DNA of 64,000 nucleotides from positions 69,832,975-69,896,974 of the forward strand of contig NC_068984.1 of the NCBI RefSeq assembly GCF_001194135.2, in the 5' to 3' direction. The first letter of the stretch is position 1, and each line of letters opens with the position of its first letter. Source of the stretch: Octopus bimaculoides. Lineage: Eukaryota. Under the pieces are notes generated by a model, which saw only the letters and a list, made by a program, of their open reading frames with translations, did not search any database and had not been told where the DNA came from. Below, piece by piece: positions 1 through 12,518 of the stretch. Position numbers and translations under genes: made by a program.

Positions 1-222
1 ATGTGTATATGTTTGTGTGTCTGTGTTTGTTCCCCCAACACCGCTTGACAACTGATGCTGGTATGTTTATGTCCCTGTAACTTAGCGGTTCGCCAAAACA
101 GACCGATAGAATAAGTACTAGGCATCCAATGAATAAGTCCTGGGGTCGATTTGCTTGACTAAAGGTGGTGCTCCAGCATGGCCACAGTCAAATGACCAAA
201 ACAAGTAAAAGAGTAAAAAAGA
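1..222 (+). mobile_element. SINE 3' tail segment (octopus-type, ...gcagtcaaatgactgaaacaagtaaaaga)
   Basis: Clear similarity to other copies in the window at 868-1110(-), 26248-26460(+), 32405-32620(+), 46675-46895(-), 62210-62415(-). Confidence 0.7.
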
Positions 223-1113
223 TATGTAGATATTGGCACATGCACACACACATACACACACACACATGCACACACACACAAACACACATCAGCACATACA
301 CACACACACACACACATATTTTGGGGGAACTGATGATTCTTTCTGTTGCAATTCAGGACTTTTTGTCACATTGCAGACACTGATCTAAAAACTAAGATCC
401 TCTCCACACATGAATGCACATACATGTAAAATATAGACATAAAAATCACACAAATTTACTTATATTAAAAGATACAGGCACACATGAAGGTGATTTGCTA
501 TTGTTTAGTAATGAGTATTCAGTTATTCAATCAACTACTCTTGAAATATTGACTAAGCATCTGAATATTCCTAAAACAGGTGTACCATTAAAGTAACTCT
601 TAGGCATATTGAGCATGACACAGTGTCTGTGACAAAAGTATACCTGTTTTAATTATAGCTATAACCCCCACTCCACAATGGGCTTCTATACAGATCCTGT
701 GTACCCAATTTCACTCATAGGCTATGGATTGACTCAAAGCCATGGAAAAGGACATTTGCCCAAGATGTCATGGAATGTGATTGAAGTTGTATGTTATGAT
801 TGAAAAGCAAACACTTTAATTATTTTACCACACTCTGACTGATGTAGACATGTATGCACATAGACACTCTTTTATTCTTCTATTTTTCTACTTGTTTCAG
901 TCTTTTGACTGTAGCTATGCTGCAGCACCATGTTGAAGGGTTTTTAGTTGAACGAATTGATCCCACGGTTTATGTTTCTTAAAGTCTGGTACTTATTCTG
1001 TCAGTCTCTTTTGCCAAACTGCTAAGTTATGAGGATGTAAACATGCCAACGCCAGTTGTCAAGTGGTGGTGGGGGACAAACAGACACAAAGACACACAAA
1101 CATAAATATAAAC

Positions 1114-1165
<52 letters not shown>

Positions 1166-1314
1166 NNNNNNNNNNNNNNNNNNNNNNNNNNNNNNNNNNN
1201 NNNNNNNNNNNNNNNNNNNNNNNNNNNNNNNNNNNNNNNNNNNNNNNNNNNNNNNNNNNNNNNNNNNNNNNNNNNNNNNNNNNNNNNNNNNNNNNNNNNN
1301 NNNNNNTATATATA

Positions 1315-2548
1315 CAGGGTGCATAAGGTATTTGAGAACATAACTTTTTGTGGTCACTGCTGCATTTTTTGCTTAAATTCTGTATAATCTGTGTTTCAGA
1401 AAATAATAATGGCAGACCCTCAGCTTACTCAAGAAATGAAAAGGCATGCTGTTATTGTGGTTATAAAGGTTGAGCATAGCGATTTAGAAATATCTCGATT
1501 TTTAAAAGTTGCCAGATCTTTCATCTACAAAGTTTGTAAGGAGCTAGAGACTGAAGATGGAAACTTATCACCGGTATCAAAGCAGAAAAAGCATTCTAAA
1601 TACTCTGAAATCATCAGAACACTTGAATTTATCCAGCAAATTCAACAGACTATTGTGCAAGAGATCTCCATGTGTCAGAACGAACTGTCAGAAATGTTGT
1701 CCATGAAGACATCAGATTCAAATTTTATATGATGAGGAAAGGTCAATTTGTCTGATAAAGCAAAAGAAAATCACTACATTAGATCTAAGAGGCTCTTAGA
1801 CAAGCTGAAAAATCCAGCAGAAGATGATTTGATTTGATTTTTCTCAAATGAGAAAAACTGCAACCAAAATCCAAAAAAGTTAACAGAAGAAATGACAGAT
1901 GGTTATGTGCTGACCCTTCTGAAGTTCCAAGTGTTATGCATACAAAATTTCCTGAAACTGTCATGGTTTTAGGGGCAGTCAGCAATGAAGAACATGTGAT
2001 GCCTCCTCACGTCATTCCACAAGGCCTTAGAGCTAAATCTGCCACCTACACTGAGATCCTAGAAATAATTGTTAAGCCCTGGATAGACAGCATATGCAGT
2101 GGAAGGCCATATGTGTTTCAGTAAGACTCTGCGCTATCACACATGGCTCTAGTAACACAGGAATGGATGGTCGAAAATTTTCATGATCACATAACCCCTA
2201 ACAATTGGCCTCCTAATTCTCCAGATCTTAATCCATTGGACTATTACATGTGGAGCATTGTTGAGAGAGAACTCAATAAACATGCCCATAACAGCTTCTT
2301 TGAAAGTTGTCATTGTCATAATAATGATCAAAATGCACCAGGACCACTTGATTCGAGCACATAGATGATTTAGATCGCATATAGAAGCAGTTGTTGAAGC
2401 TTAAGGTGGCTTTATTGAATAACATTATAGAAAAAAAAAGGTTTATTTTTATCCTCATAGCATTTTTTGATAAATAAGGTTGTTATCTGTTATTATATAT
2501 CTTTTTTTATAAACATAAATCTGTCCTCAAAATCTTACTCACCCGATG
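1315..2548 (+). mobile_element. Tc1/mariner-superfamily DNA transposon, DD37D (maT) family, defective
   Basis: TA-flanked imperfect TIRs (CAGGGTGCATAAGGTATTTGAG...CTCAAAATCTTACTCACCCGATG) enclosing a transposase pseudogene. Confidence 0.9.
1409..2422 (+). pseudogene. DD37D transposase pseudogene (frameshifts, in-frame stops)
   Basis: N-terminal HTH-like MADPQLTQEMKRHAV...; catalytic region VFQ*DSA...WPPNSPDLNPLDY with 37 residues counted between the second and third Asp; ends ...GGFIE*. Confidence 0.88.
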
Positions 2549-2744
2549 TATATATATATACATACATGCATACAACAGGCTTCTTTCAGTTTCTTCCTTC
2601 CAAATTCACTCACAAGGCTTTGGTTGGCCCAAGGCTATTGTAGAAGACAATTGCCCAAGGTGCAATGCAGTGGGACTGAACCCAGAACAATGTAATTGGG
2701 AAGCAAGCTTCTTATCACACAGCCATGCATATAAAAATATGCAC

Positions 2745-2940
2745 AGCATCATCGTCACCATCACCAATTAACTTCCATTTTGTATATTGGTATAGGTAGG
2801 ACACTTTGACAGATTCAGTTTAGCTCCAATGCCACTTTTAGTATAGTTTCTATGACTGGATGACCCAACCACTAAACAGTGCATACAGCATACTTTCTTT
2901 GATTGACTGACACTGGTGAGGTTACCAAGTAACTTGTAAA
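2745..2940 (-). mobile_element. RTE-associated SINE/LINE 3' tail with (GAT)n end, degraded
   Basis: Similar to copies at 8640-8830, 17962-18135, 33705-33900, 53300-53600, 63735-64000. Confidence 0.5.
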
Positions 2941-3599
2941 ACAGGAAAGGAACAACAAAAAGAAAAAGGACCCCTTAATTATACAAACACTTGCATGAAT
3001 GCACACAGATACATACACGCACAAACGCTTTAAAATATGTGTTAGATATTAGGCTGATATCCATTGCCATGTCCTTGCACACACTTACACACACTGATAT
3101 ATATATATATATATGCATATATTGATGAATGCACTATGTAAGCAGCACATACTCACACAAATGCTTAGCTCTATTTGTAAAAAGTAGTTCAAACGTACAA
3201 TACATAGATGTGAACATCTGTTCTCAAATATGCACACTTACATAAAGCATACGATCATACATGCTTACAAAGATATTTTAAAAACAAACATAGGAATATT
3301 TAATTAGATGAGCAATTCCTGTCATAAAAGTGTACAAAGTATATGTAAATGAAAATAATAGGGTGTATTACATATATGTATATAGTGTTGGAAATATAAT
3401 ATTGAATGAAGATAAAAAAGAACATTTTATATAGAACAAAGAAATAAGTCAAAGGAAAAGTAAATGTGGTCCTGGTATATGCATCCATCTGTGCAAATTT
3501 TTCTGTCTGAATGGGGAAATAAAGTTTGGTTTTATTAATCAGTTATAAATAATAATTATTGACAGGTTTGGGACAGATTTAAAGGGAATCAGCTGAAAT

Positions 3600-4720
3600 G
3601 TAAAAAATGATATGGTAGAAGTCATAAGTCAAGGATTAGGGAAAAGTGGCGGACTACAACAAAGCATAAAACATAGCAAATAGAAGAAAGAATTGGTAAA
3701 TAGAAGTTAGCAAGAATTGAAATGTTTGTTGATGCAGAAAGTGCTTGGTATGATTTTACAAAGGCATGCAACATTTCCAGGTTGACAGCAAGTATATTCC
3801 AAGTATAAAATTGATTTTATAAGGGCATAAAGACACCAATTCTGATTTTAAATTTATTTGTTACAATGGTTGTCTCAGGATGTTGTATTTCTCTGATAGG
3901 CTGGAAGGACATATGACATTGTTGATATATGCAGTGAGGGATTTGATAATTGATTTGTCAATACTTTAATCATAGATCCAGTGTGGTTCAGATTCTATAT
4001 TTACTTAGAGATTGTTGTAATGCCCCTAATTTCTTCATAACTGAATGAAAAGGCATGTAACTTGTATCTGACTTGAAAGTATTCCCTGTAAAGCCTATAG
4101 CACAGTATAAAACACTTGGTTACTATTTAGCAGACAGATGTTGCTGTTAACGTAACTGCATTGTAGAAGTAAATGTGGAGTGCTGTTTGTTTTTTTCTAG
4201 CAAATGAAGGAGGAATTACCAATACAACTGTAACTTACTTCAATGAATTTTGAAGATGTTATGAAACGTAATTTGAAATAAATGTTTTCCAACTAAGTTT
4301 AGAAAAATATACGTTATAATAGAGTGAATATTCAAACTATATGACATTATAAGAACTAGTGTTACTCTGCTAAATACATATTGATGATATTTGTTGTAAA
4401 TCCACCCATACTTGGGCTGCATTATAAGTTCAAAGAGGAAGAAATGTGCATATCACTGCTGGTCAATTTTTGTCTGCTATTAATATTTCCTCTGAGAGAT
4501 ACTTTCTCAAGAATACCACAGTTATTTAGGTATTCAATGATGTATTTGTTTTATGTATGATACTCAGATTGCTACATAGAATTCTTTTGAGCAATTACAT
4601 ATTTCTGTATCAGAACTTAAATTGGGAGAGCATTTAATGACAATACCAGCAGAATTTCTCAGAATGGTTAGGAAAAGTCTTTTGGATGTGCAATATAATC
4701 TGTAAATATCTCTAGAATGA
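3600..4720 (+). mobile_element. Ancient RTE-like LINE reverse-transcriptase relic
   Basis: Degenerate motifs in RT order: MFVDAES (F-I/V-D-x-x-KA), FYKGIKT, VSGCCIS (QGCxLS), QYKTLGYYLAD (FKYLG), LKLGEHLM (LRWxGHV). Many stops. Confidence 0.4.
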
Positions 4721-4831
4721 TTGTAAATGACTTGAGCTAAATTATGAATAAGAAATAAAGTATACCACCATTCTAGAATAATAATTGCAGGTAGGGAAGT
4801 TAGAAGCTCGTGTAACATTATTGTTTTCAAA

Positions 4832-4872
<41 letters not shown>

Positions 4873-5062
4873 ACAAACATACACACACAAACATGCACAT
4901 ACATATGTGTTAAATATTGCATATGCATATATATGTATATTATAGGCATTTATAAATAAAATTTGTACATACACACATATATATATATATATATANNNNN
5001 NNNNNNNNNNNNNNNNNNNNNNNNNNNNNNNNNNNNNNNNNNNNNNNNNNNNNNNNNNNNNN

Positions 5063-5139
<77 letters not shown>

Positions 5140-5806
5140 CACATACATATATACACATATATATACATATGCATATATATATCTACATAAAATGCTGATT
5201 CATATCAAAGAGAAATTTAGATATATGATAAATTACATTAGGCTCATTTCGAAATATTTTGCGTAAAATTTTCCATGATGTTTGCAGTGTTGATATTTGA
5301 ATTCTTAATCAGAATATTGATTCAACACACTAAAAGATTACAAGCCAAAATCTCTCAAAAGTAAGAGAAAATAATTTACATAATACTTCTGGAAAAAGTC
5401 TGTCTCCGAAACACTTACTTTATTAGTTTTTAATAATTTACACGGTAACTAAGGAAATATTACACCATATTATAAAAGATATCTTAATTGAATTTGGCAC
5501 TTTATGCTTGAAATCTAACTGGGAGCACAATATCCTCTTGATGTAATAGCATAGTGAGCTGTGAGATGAGAAATAACGATGCTTCCTATATATCTGATGT
5601 TAATAAGTATCTCGTTGTGAAGTCCTGGTATTGACTTTTTAATGAAAAGATAAAATAAAACATGTCTGAGCTATCTTTGAAATACCTTGAATATTATATA
5701 TACAACGATGTGTGTGTGTGTGGATAGATATTTGCATTTTTATATAATATTATATATTATACATATATAAACACACACTCATACACACATATGGCCTTCC
5801 ACTATC

Positions 5807-5873
5807 AGAGTCTGATGAGTCGTCCATAAAGCTAAGTGCTTTATGGATACAAAATCATTTCATTGGTCATTCT
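5807..5873 (+). ncRNA. Type I hammerhead ribozyme fold, degenerate (G12>A)
   Basis: Stem I AGAGT(5807-11)/ATTCT(5869-73); core CTGATGA 5812-18; stem II GTCGTCCATAAAGC-taagt-GCTTTATGGATAC closed by G-C; AAAA replaces GAAA (5851-54); short stem III TCA/TGG; GTC cleavage triplet 5866-68. Confidence 0.55.
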
Positions 5874-6239
5874 ATGATTGGACATATATTTAGCTGCATG
5901 TAAATACATTACTGCTCTATATATTTACGGATATATAATCTACTAATGATCAATATATGTATGTGTGTGTGTGTGTGTGTATAATATAACAAGATTCAGT
6001 TGAATAAGATACTTAAAGTTAAGGCACCTGGTTAAGCCAGAATAAAATGCACACACTACAATTATAGATGAATACCAACCTTGCTACATAAGTACTAACA
6101 GAATGATTTTCGGGTAACGTATGCTGGTAATTGGACCGAATTGAATATAAAATCCACTTTTGAGCTATTCAGACATATACATTTTAATTAAATATACAAT
6201 GCATAATATAATTTGGAATATGCAAGGGACATGTTTTGA

Positions 6240-6616
6240 GATAGGTGAATTACAAATATATAATTAATAATTGATGGACAGGTGTCAATTCGTTACAGCT
6301 GTTTCTAATGAATTTTTTGATTGATCAATGAGTACATTATATCATTATAAAAAGACATTTTTCTTCTGATGAATTCATGAATTTTAAAATCAAGGACATT
6401 TAAAATAATTTAAAATCCACAGCACATTCATATTTAGTGATTCTACGACTGGCTCTTACCGTAGGATTCTAGGGCAAGAGCCAGTCATAGAATCATTAAA
6501 TATGTATGTGCCATGGATTTTAGATTATTTTAAATGTCTTTGATTTTAAACTTCCTGGATTCATCTGAAGAAAACAGTTTTTTATAATGATATAATGTAC
6601 TTATTGATCAATTAAN
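6240..6616. repeat. Foldback palindrome (~140-bp arms, centre ~6466), Penelope-like derived
   Basis: 6318-6460 is the reverse complement of 6473-6616 with scattered mismatches; right arm is cut by an N-gap. Contains CTGAAGA and GAAACAGCTGTA motifs. Confidence 0.8.
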
Positions 6617-6625
6617 NNNNNNNNN

Positions 6626-6668
<43 letters not shown>

Positions 6669-7016
6669 AACACAGACAAGCATTGGCTGTGATGCAAAGG
6701 ATCATGGAAAAATCCCTGCTAGGAATATCATTGTTAGAGTATATCTGATATAAACTAATTCAAACACAGAGTAGAGTGACTGATGTGATTGCATGATACT
6801 GAAAGTACAAGTACCACTGGGTTAGCCATGTCACAATGTTCATGGATGGAAAGTGGATAAGTGCAATTGCTGAGTGGTATCCAAGAGATTTGAAAAGGTC
6901 ATTCAGAAGTTATCTATACTGACTGAAATATGATTTATGTAAATGATTTGCGTCAAGATGGGAAAGAAAGTTGCAATCAAGAAATAATTCGAAGTACACT
7001 GTAGCCTACATACATA

Positions 7017-7212
7017 CAAGGGGTGCTGGAAAGTTCCTGGCTTTGGGTAAAAGAAAATATGGAACGATCAGTTAATTATGATTTTATTCCCCTCTCAGAT
7101 TCACACACTTATTGCAGCAGTCCTTCAGTTTCTCTAAGCCATGTAAAAGAACTTGGAAGGTTAGGCCCCTAAGCAGGCCTTTCTCAATATTCTTAAAGCC
7201 AAGAACTTTCAG
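7017..7212. mobile_element. Mariner-type MITE
   Basis: TA + CAAGGGGTGCTGGAAAGTTCCTGGCTTT ... AAAGCCAAGAACTTTCAG inverted termini; right terminus truncated. Confidence 0.65.
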
Positions 7213-7259
7213 AAATAAGTAGCCTATGAATTTTAAAAAATTGCCTGAGATATACTTTT

Positions 7260-7760
7260 GCTTTATCCAGAAGATTTATATCTCTGACCTACTTACATCG
7301 GAAAATTTAAGTCATTTGCTTCAGATGTATTCCTTACATTACAATAAATTATCAAAGCAGATCTTTCAGCTCAAAAACTTGGAATATCAATGTTTATAGC
7401 ATTTGCCATTGGAGTAACAGTTGACAGAATGTGCACAAAATTGTTAAATAAGATTTTGACATATTATTATTTTAGGCAATTTACCTGTTGATCTATAGCC
7501 TGTTAAGGCTCTTCTATGGCTTGTTAAGGCTATAAATTAGTGAGTAGGACATTACATAATCTCAAAATATTATAAACCATTTATTAAATGGTAAGAATAA
7601 TTTAACTGATATTTCATCCTCTTGAATTGTTGTACTCAGAAGTTTGGACAGGAAAGAGTTCAAATGGCTGACATTTCTTTTGAATTTCCAGCAGTTAGCA
7701 AGAATGATTTTAAGACAGGTAGTTCTAGAGAATAATGAATATTTTGTGCATATTGCTTGC
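7260..7760 (-). mobile_element. Possible ancient Penelope-like RT relic
   Basis: Minus-strand peptides IILANC...HLNSFLSKLLST, VLLTNL*P and TPMANAINI loosely resemble PLE RT motifs (RPIVS..LSKFLxxLL, SLFTNVP, SPLSPxxANI) in the right order. Confidence 0.25.
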
Positions 7761-8214
7761 TATATCAAATTAGGCATGTGGCTTATAGAAAGGGTTTAGA
7801 TATTGAGAAATGTGAACTGGAGGTGAAGTGTCTTATAACGGTTTGTCAATCATATTATATTTGTAAGCTTGTGAAAGTTTATGTTGATCTCTGACTCGGT
7901 GATGGTGGGTGAAGCATGAGTTTTATGCCGGCATGCTATTTTGAGATCAATTTAATACTAAAAGTTCTGCTGGATATTTTATGACACTAAAATAGGCTTT
8001 TTACATCTCATAATATACATATCAAAATGCAAATACATCATTATCATTTTTATGCTTCTTTTCCATGCTAGTATGGGCTGGGTGAGTCTTATTAATGAAG
8101 CACTTTATTGTGTAATGCCTTTCCTGTCAGTAACTGCTTTTTTCAATTAAGTTATTTTTGTTTTTCTATTTGTCTTCACATGCCTAAAGTAAGATGCTTT
8201 CATACTGAAGGGCA

Positions 8215-8830
8215 TATTGCTTGAGGGAGACCTTTGGAAATATGCTGTACTTGAGAAGATCCAGCAAGCCAAGTGAGACCATAACCCGTGGCCTATGCCA
8301 GGGGTGTAACCAGCCCATTTATGTGTACCTTTCCTTCATTGGACACTAAACTCTGCTTGCGAAGACCTGTTGAGGCAAGTGAAATCGAAATCAAATTCAA
8401 TGACAACACCGCATGACTGGCATCTGTGCTAGCGGAGCACTAAGAGCACCATCAGAGCGTGATCGTTGCCAGGGCCGCTGACTGGCTCCTGTGCCAGTGA
8501 CACATAAAAAGCATCATTCGAGTGAGGTCGTTGCCAGTGCCACTGGACTGGCACCCGTGCAGGTGGCATGTAAAAAACACCATTTGAGCATGGCTGTTGC
8601 CAGTACTGCCTGACTGGCCTTCATGCCAGTGGCATGTAAAAGCACCCACTACACTCTCGGAGTGGTTGGCATTAGGAAGGGCATCCAGCTGTAGAAACTC
8701 TGCCAGATCAGATTGAAGCCTGGTGCAGCCATCTGATTCACCAGTCCTCAGTCAAACTGTCCAACCCAAGCCGGCGTGGAAAACAGACGTTAAACGATGA
8801 TGATGATGATGATGATGATGAATACCATCA
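8215..8830 (+). mobile_element. RTE-clade LINE 3' fragment with ~64-bp internal tandem repeats and (GAT)n tail
   Basis: ...KYAVLEKIQQAK* C-terminus, 3' UTR, three degenerate units at 8455-8645, GATGAT tail; homologous to 33705-34350(-). Confidence 0.7.
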
Positions 8831-11589
8831 TCACTTGAACAGGATCGCATGCAAAGACATGGAAATAACATCGATATGTGCACACAAGCACACATACACA
8901 CACACGTATACACTCAAATGAAAGGATTCTACACAGTTTTGTGTACAATTTCCATTCTCTAAGCATCGGTCAGCCTCACGGTATAGTAGAAAACACTTGT
9001 CCAAATTGCCACAATTAGTTATGAAGAAAAACTTCATATGAACACAGCCACGTTTGATTCTATTTTAAATTCTCAATAAAATAATTTGGTTAAAGAATCT
9101 TTCTTTGAATTCTTGTCCCCATATATGTGACAGTCATCTTCAACCATGGATGAAAATGTAAGGAAAAAAATATAGATAATTGAGAGATAAAACACATGTT
9201 CACTGAAATCTGCTGAAATAATCCTGAAAAACTGCATAAATTTAAATATATGAAAGAAAATTACATATTTCGCCTTTTTGCAGGCTTGTTCACAATAAAC
9301 ATTATTTATAGTATATTTATTGTATAGTTATTTTGGCAACCAATAATACAAAATTTCTATCATTTTACTTTTTTTCTTTAACCACATAATGTAATTAACA
9401 TTAAAATTAATTGGAATTTTTTAAAACTGTTGTCTTAAACCTTTCTGGAAGGACATTTAATCAAGGCACAGTAGTTACTTCATACTCATCAAACTGCTTT
9501 ACCAAAGCTGCAATGAAATTGTCAATAGTTTGTTAAATAACATTCTCAAAATAGTTTTTCCGTCGCTTTACCTACTGTATGTCTGGAGTCTAGATATTCT
9601 CCCACATGTCTCCTTCATTGTATACTGTCTCCTTCATTGTATACTGTTATATAAACAATTTTATCAAGTATAAACTATCTTAGTAGAGTGGACAACTGTT
9701 TTTATTTTAGAAGTATTAGATTAGTTTAATTAGTTTTATGTTCTTTCTTATGTTTCTTCCTAATAATGGGAACTTGTTATTGTTTGTAGATCTGAAAGGA
9801 ATTGTACCCACATTAATGGGGATTATTTAAGAACTAATGCATCTATTTTATTCTCTTTTGAAACTAATATTTTTAATCATTTGAAATATTTCACCATCAG
9901 GAATTATTTCATTGCTAACAAAAGTTGATAATTTCATGACAAAGTATGCTCCAATTTACCTCTTTCTATTGGCTATTGAACTAAAATCAATTAAGAAATT
10001 TAATCGTTTTAAAACGTCTATGTCTAGAATAAATTTGACAGAAAACTACACCATGACAACAAAGCTATGACTTGGTTGACTAGTCTAGATGGTAATGTCA
10101 TGCAATAACACTAAGTATAATTGCTTACTTAGTATGTAACTATGAGAGCTTTATTCACTTGATTACCATTAATTTTGTTAGCTGACATAATTACTTAACG
10201 CATAGCAAGTAAAGTCTAATATATATATCACATAGGAATGAGTTATGTTATGAAAGCCATGGCATTATGGAAAAACAGATAGCAAACCTTGCACAAGCAT
10301 TATTAGAATAAAAGGATTTATGTTATATTTGCTGTTGATAGTTTGTCGTGTGTTAGCAGATTTATCACATTCAAGGCAAACTAGATTAGAACTTATAGTC
10401 TTAGTCGTAGTCTTCTATAATCACATTTACATTTAGCAAGCATTACAGAAACAATATGTTGGCTTCAGTACTTGACTGGTATTTTATTTTTATCAGTGCT
10501 TGGAAGAATGAAGGTGAAGTTGTATGGTAGGATTTGAAACAAAATGCAGAATTTACTGGCTAATAAATAAATACCACAAATATTTTGTCCAACCCTCCAA
10601 TGTTTCTACAAATTCCCTGCTTATGTAGCCTTTAGTGCATTGACCAGGAAATGCCTTAATTTATTTTGCATATATCAGATGGTGGATAGTGGTTAAAACA
10701 CAAGAATTTTGATGGAATAATGATGAGACACATAAACTGATAACTCTATTTGAATGTTTATAAATATTATGGCACACACCATATATTATACAGGCTGACA
10801 GGGAATTAATCAAGATTGTTCTTATTTGAAGTTTTCTTTTATAGTGTTTTTAATAAAGTCATAATGTATTCCATTTCTGAAATAATAAGCATGATATTTA
10901 CCAGTGACTAATATTTCTCATAACACAGTTAGTTCTAATTCTTTTATCATTATCTTTTATTTGTTTCAGTTATTAACCATAGCACCATAGACAAGTGTGT
11001 TCTATAATCTCAGGGTGACCAAAGCCTTGTGAGTGCATTTGGTAGAAAGAAACTGAAAGAAGCCCATCGTATTTTATACACACATACATACATTTATGTA
11101 TATATGTATGTATGTATGTATAACAGAATTACTAGTAAGGAATTATAACTACTCTATTAGCTCTCTGTTGGCACACTAGGCTACTAATATTACTTAGATT
11201 AGTGAAGAACTCTAAGTATTCTTATGGCAGGGTTTGAGGTTATGGTTCATCACCATTCTATATTGTAAATCTGTGGTTGTGCTCCAGTCAAACTGGTTTT
11301 TTAACAGTGATATACAAGACAAGGCACACATAATGATCATTAAATATTTTTCCTTTATTGTAATAAATCTGGCTTACAGCTGTTTCCAGTAGTCATGAAT
11401 TCAATATATTAACTAAAGTATTCTAGAATATTTTTTCATAAAATTACATTAATAAATGCAAGAAACTAAATTAAATTTGCTTATAACATGAAACAGAATT
11501 TTAGAATAAGCTTAAGATCCTTAAAAGTAAATTTTTAAATTCAGAGATGAGATGATATGGGTAAGGTTTTTAAAGAATGGTTGGGACTT

Positions 11590-11815
11590 AATATTAGTTT
11601 CAAATTTTGGCACAAGGCCAGTAATTTCAAGGGAGGAAGCATTTCGAATTACATTGTCTCCAAAGCTCAACTGGTATTTATTTTATCAACCATAAAAGGA
11701 TGAAAGGTAAAGTGGACCTCAGCAGAATTTGAACTCAGAATGTAAAGGTGGATGAAATGCTGCAAAGCCTTTAGCCCAAATTGCTAACAATTCTACCAAC
11801 TCTTCACCTTTGGGA
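11590..11815 (-). mobile_element. tRNA-derived SINE (family with ...ggcagaatcgttagc... head)
   Basis: Reverse complement of the TSD-flanked copy at 61802-62020. Confidence 0.7.
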
Positions 11816-12241
11816 ATTAATATTGGAAGATAGTAGTAAAAGATTTGAACTTCAACGAGCAAATAATATCTGGCTGTCATAATATTTCCTTCATATCAGA
11901 TTACTCTCCAAAGTCATTAGTACTAAGTATTTTTGGTGTATTCTCATTTTTAGATACTTCTGTATAGTTAACTAATTGCAATAAGAAAGCAGTTTAGATT
12001 GTAAGGAAACAATTATGTGCCATCAGCTATCATGGACTTTAACTAATTTTCCCACAAAACTTTTCTAACTGAAAACATATAGACCTAAGGCCAGCATTAT
12101 GCTGCATCCTTTGTTTTCTTAATTACCCAGCAGTACTCTGGTAACTGCTTTGATAAAAGACAAAAAGAAAGTTATATTATAACAAAAACTATTGTCAAAA
12201 AATGTGGAAGAACTAATGTAATACAATTAATACAGCTAAAA

Positions 12242-12518
12242 TAGAGGATTTGAATCTGTTTGGTTTTGCAATGTACTGGAAAAAAAATGAAAAATAGTGG
12301 TACACTTTGTATGGAAAGTTTTAAAATAAACTATATTTTTAAGTTAAAAATGTGGTAAAAATATAGAAAATCATTGTTTATCTTGTTTTATTAATCGTAT
12401 GTGTGTTTAAAAAAATTATGAATAGCTTGTTTTTCAAAATGCTCGAGCAATTGTATTGATTTTCTAAAACTTAAATTATATTTCTAAAACCCCACAGAAC
12501 ATCATTTGAAAACCACTG
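12242..12518. mobile_element. hAT-type MITE
   Basis: 8-bp direct repeat AGCTAAAA at 12234-41 and 12519-26; right end ...TTTGAAAACCACTG (rc CAGTGGTTTTCAAA); degenerate left end TAGAGGATTTGAA. Confidence 0.5.

Larger units (their letters stand above)
868..2728 (-). mobile_element. Composite tRNA-derived SINE (head 2572-2728, central TA microsatellite, tail 868-1110) interrupted by a maT transposon
   Basis: Head and tail match uninterrupted copies with head-microsatellite-tail layout at 32185-32620(+), 46675-47222(-) and 16960-17385(-). The transposon sits in the central (TA)n tract. Confidence 0.65.

Noticed and set aside
325-388. C/D-box snoRNA-like TGATGA...CTGA
   Set aside because: Too short, terminal stem only 2-3 bp, no recognisable C'/D' or rRNA guide.
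9420-9645. Minus-strand hAT-like peptide (KRRKNYF...TIDNFIAAL) and a 19-bp tandem duplication at 9607-9644
   Set aside because: Similarity too weak and short to call; the duplication is ordinary slippage.
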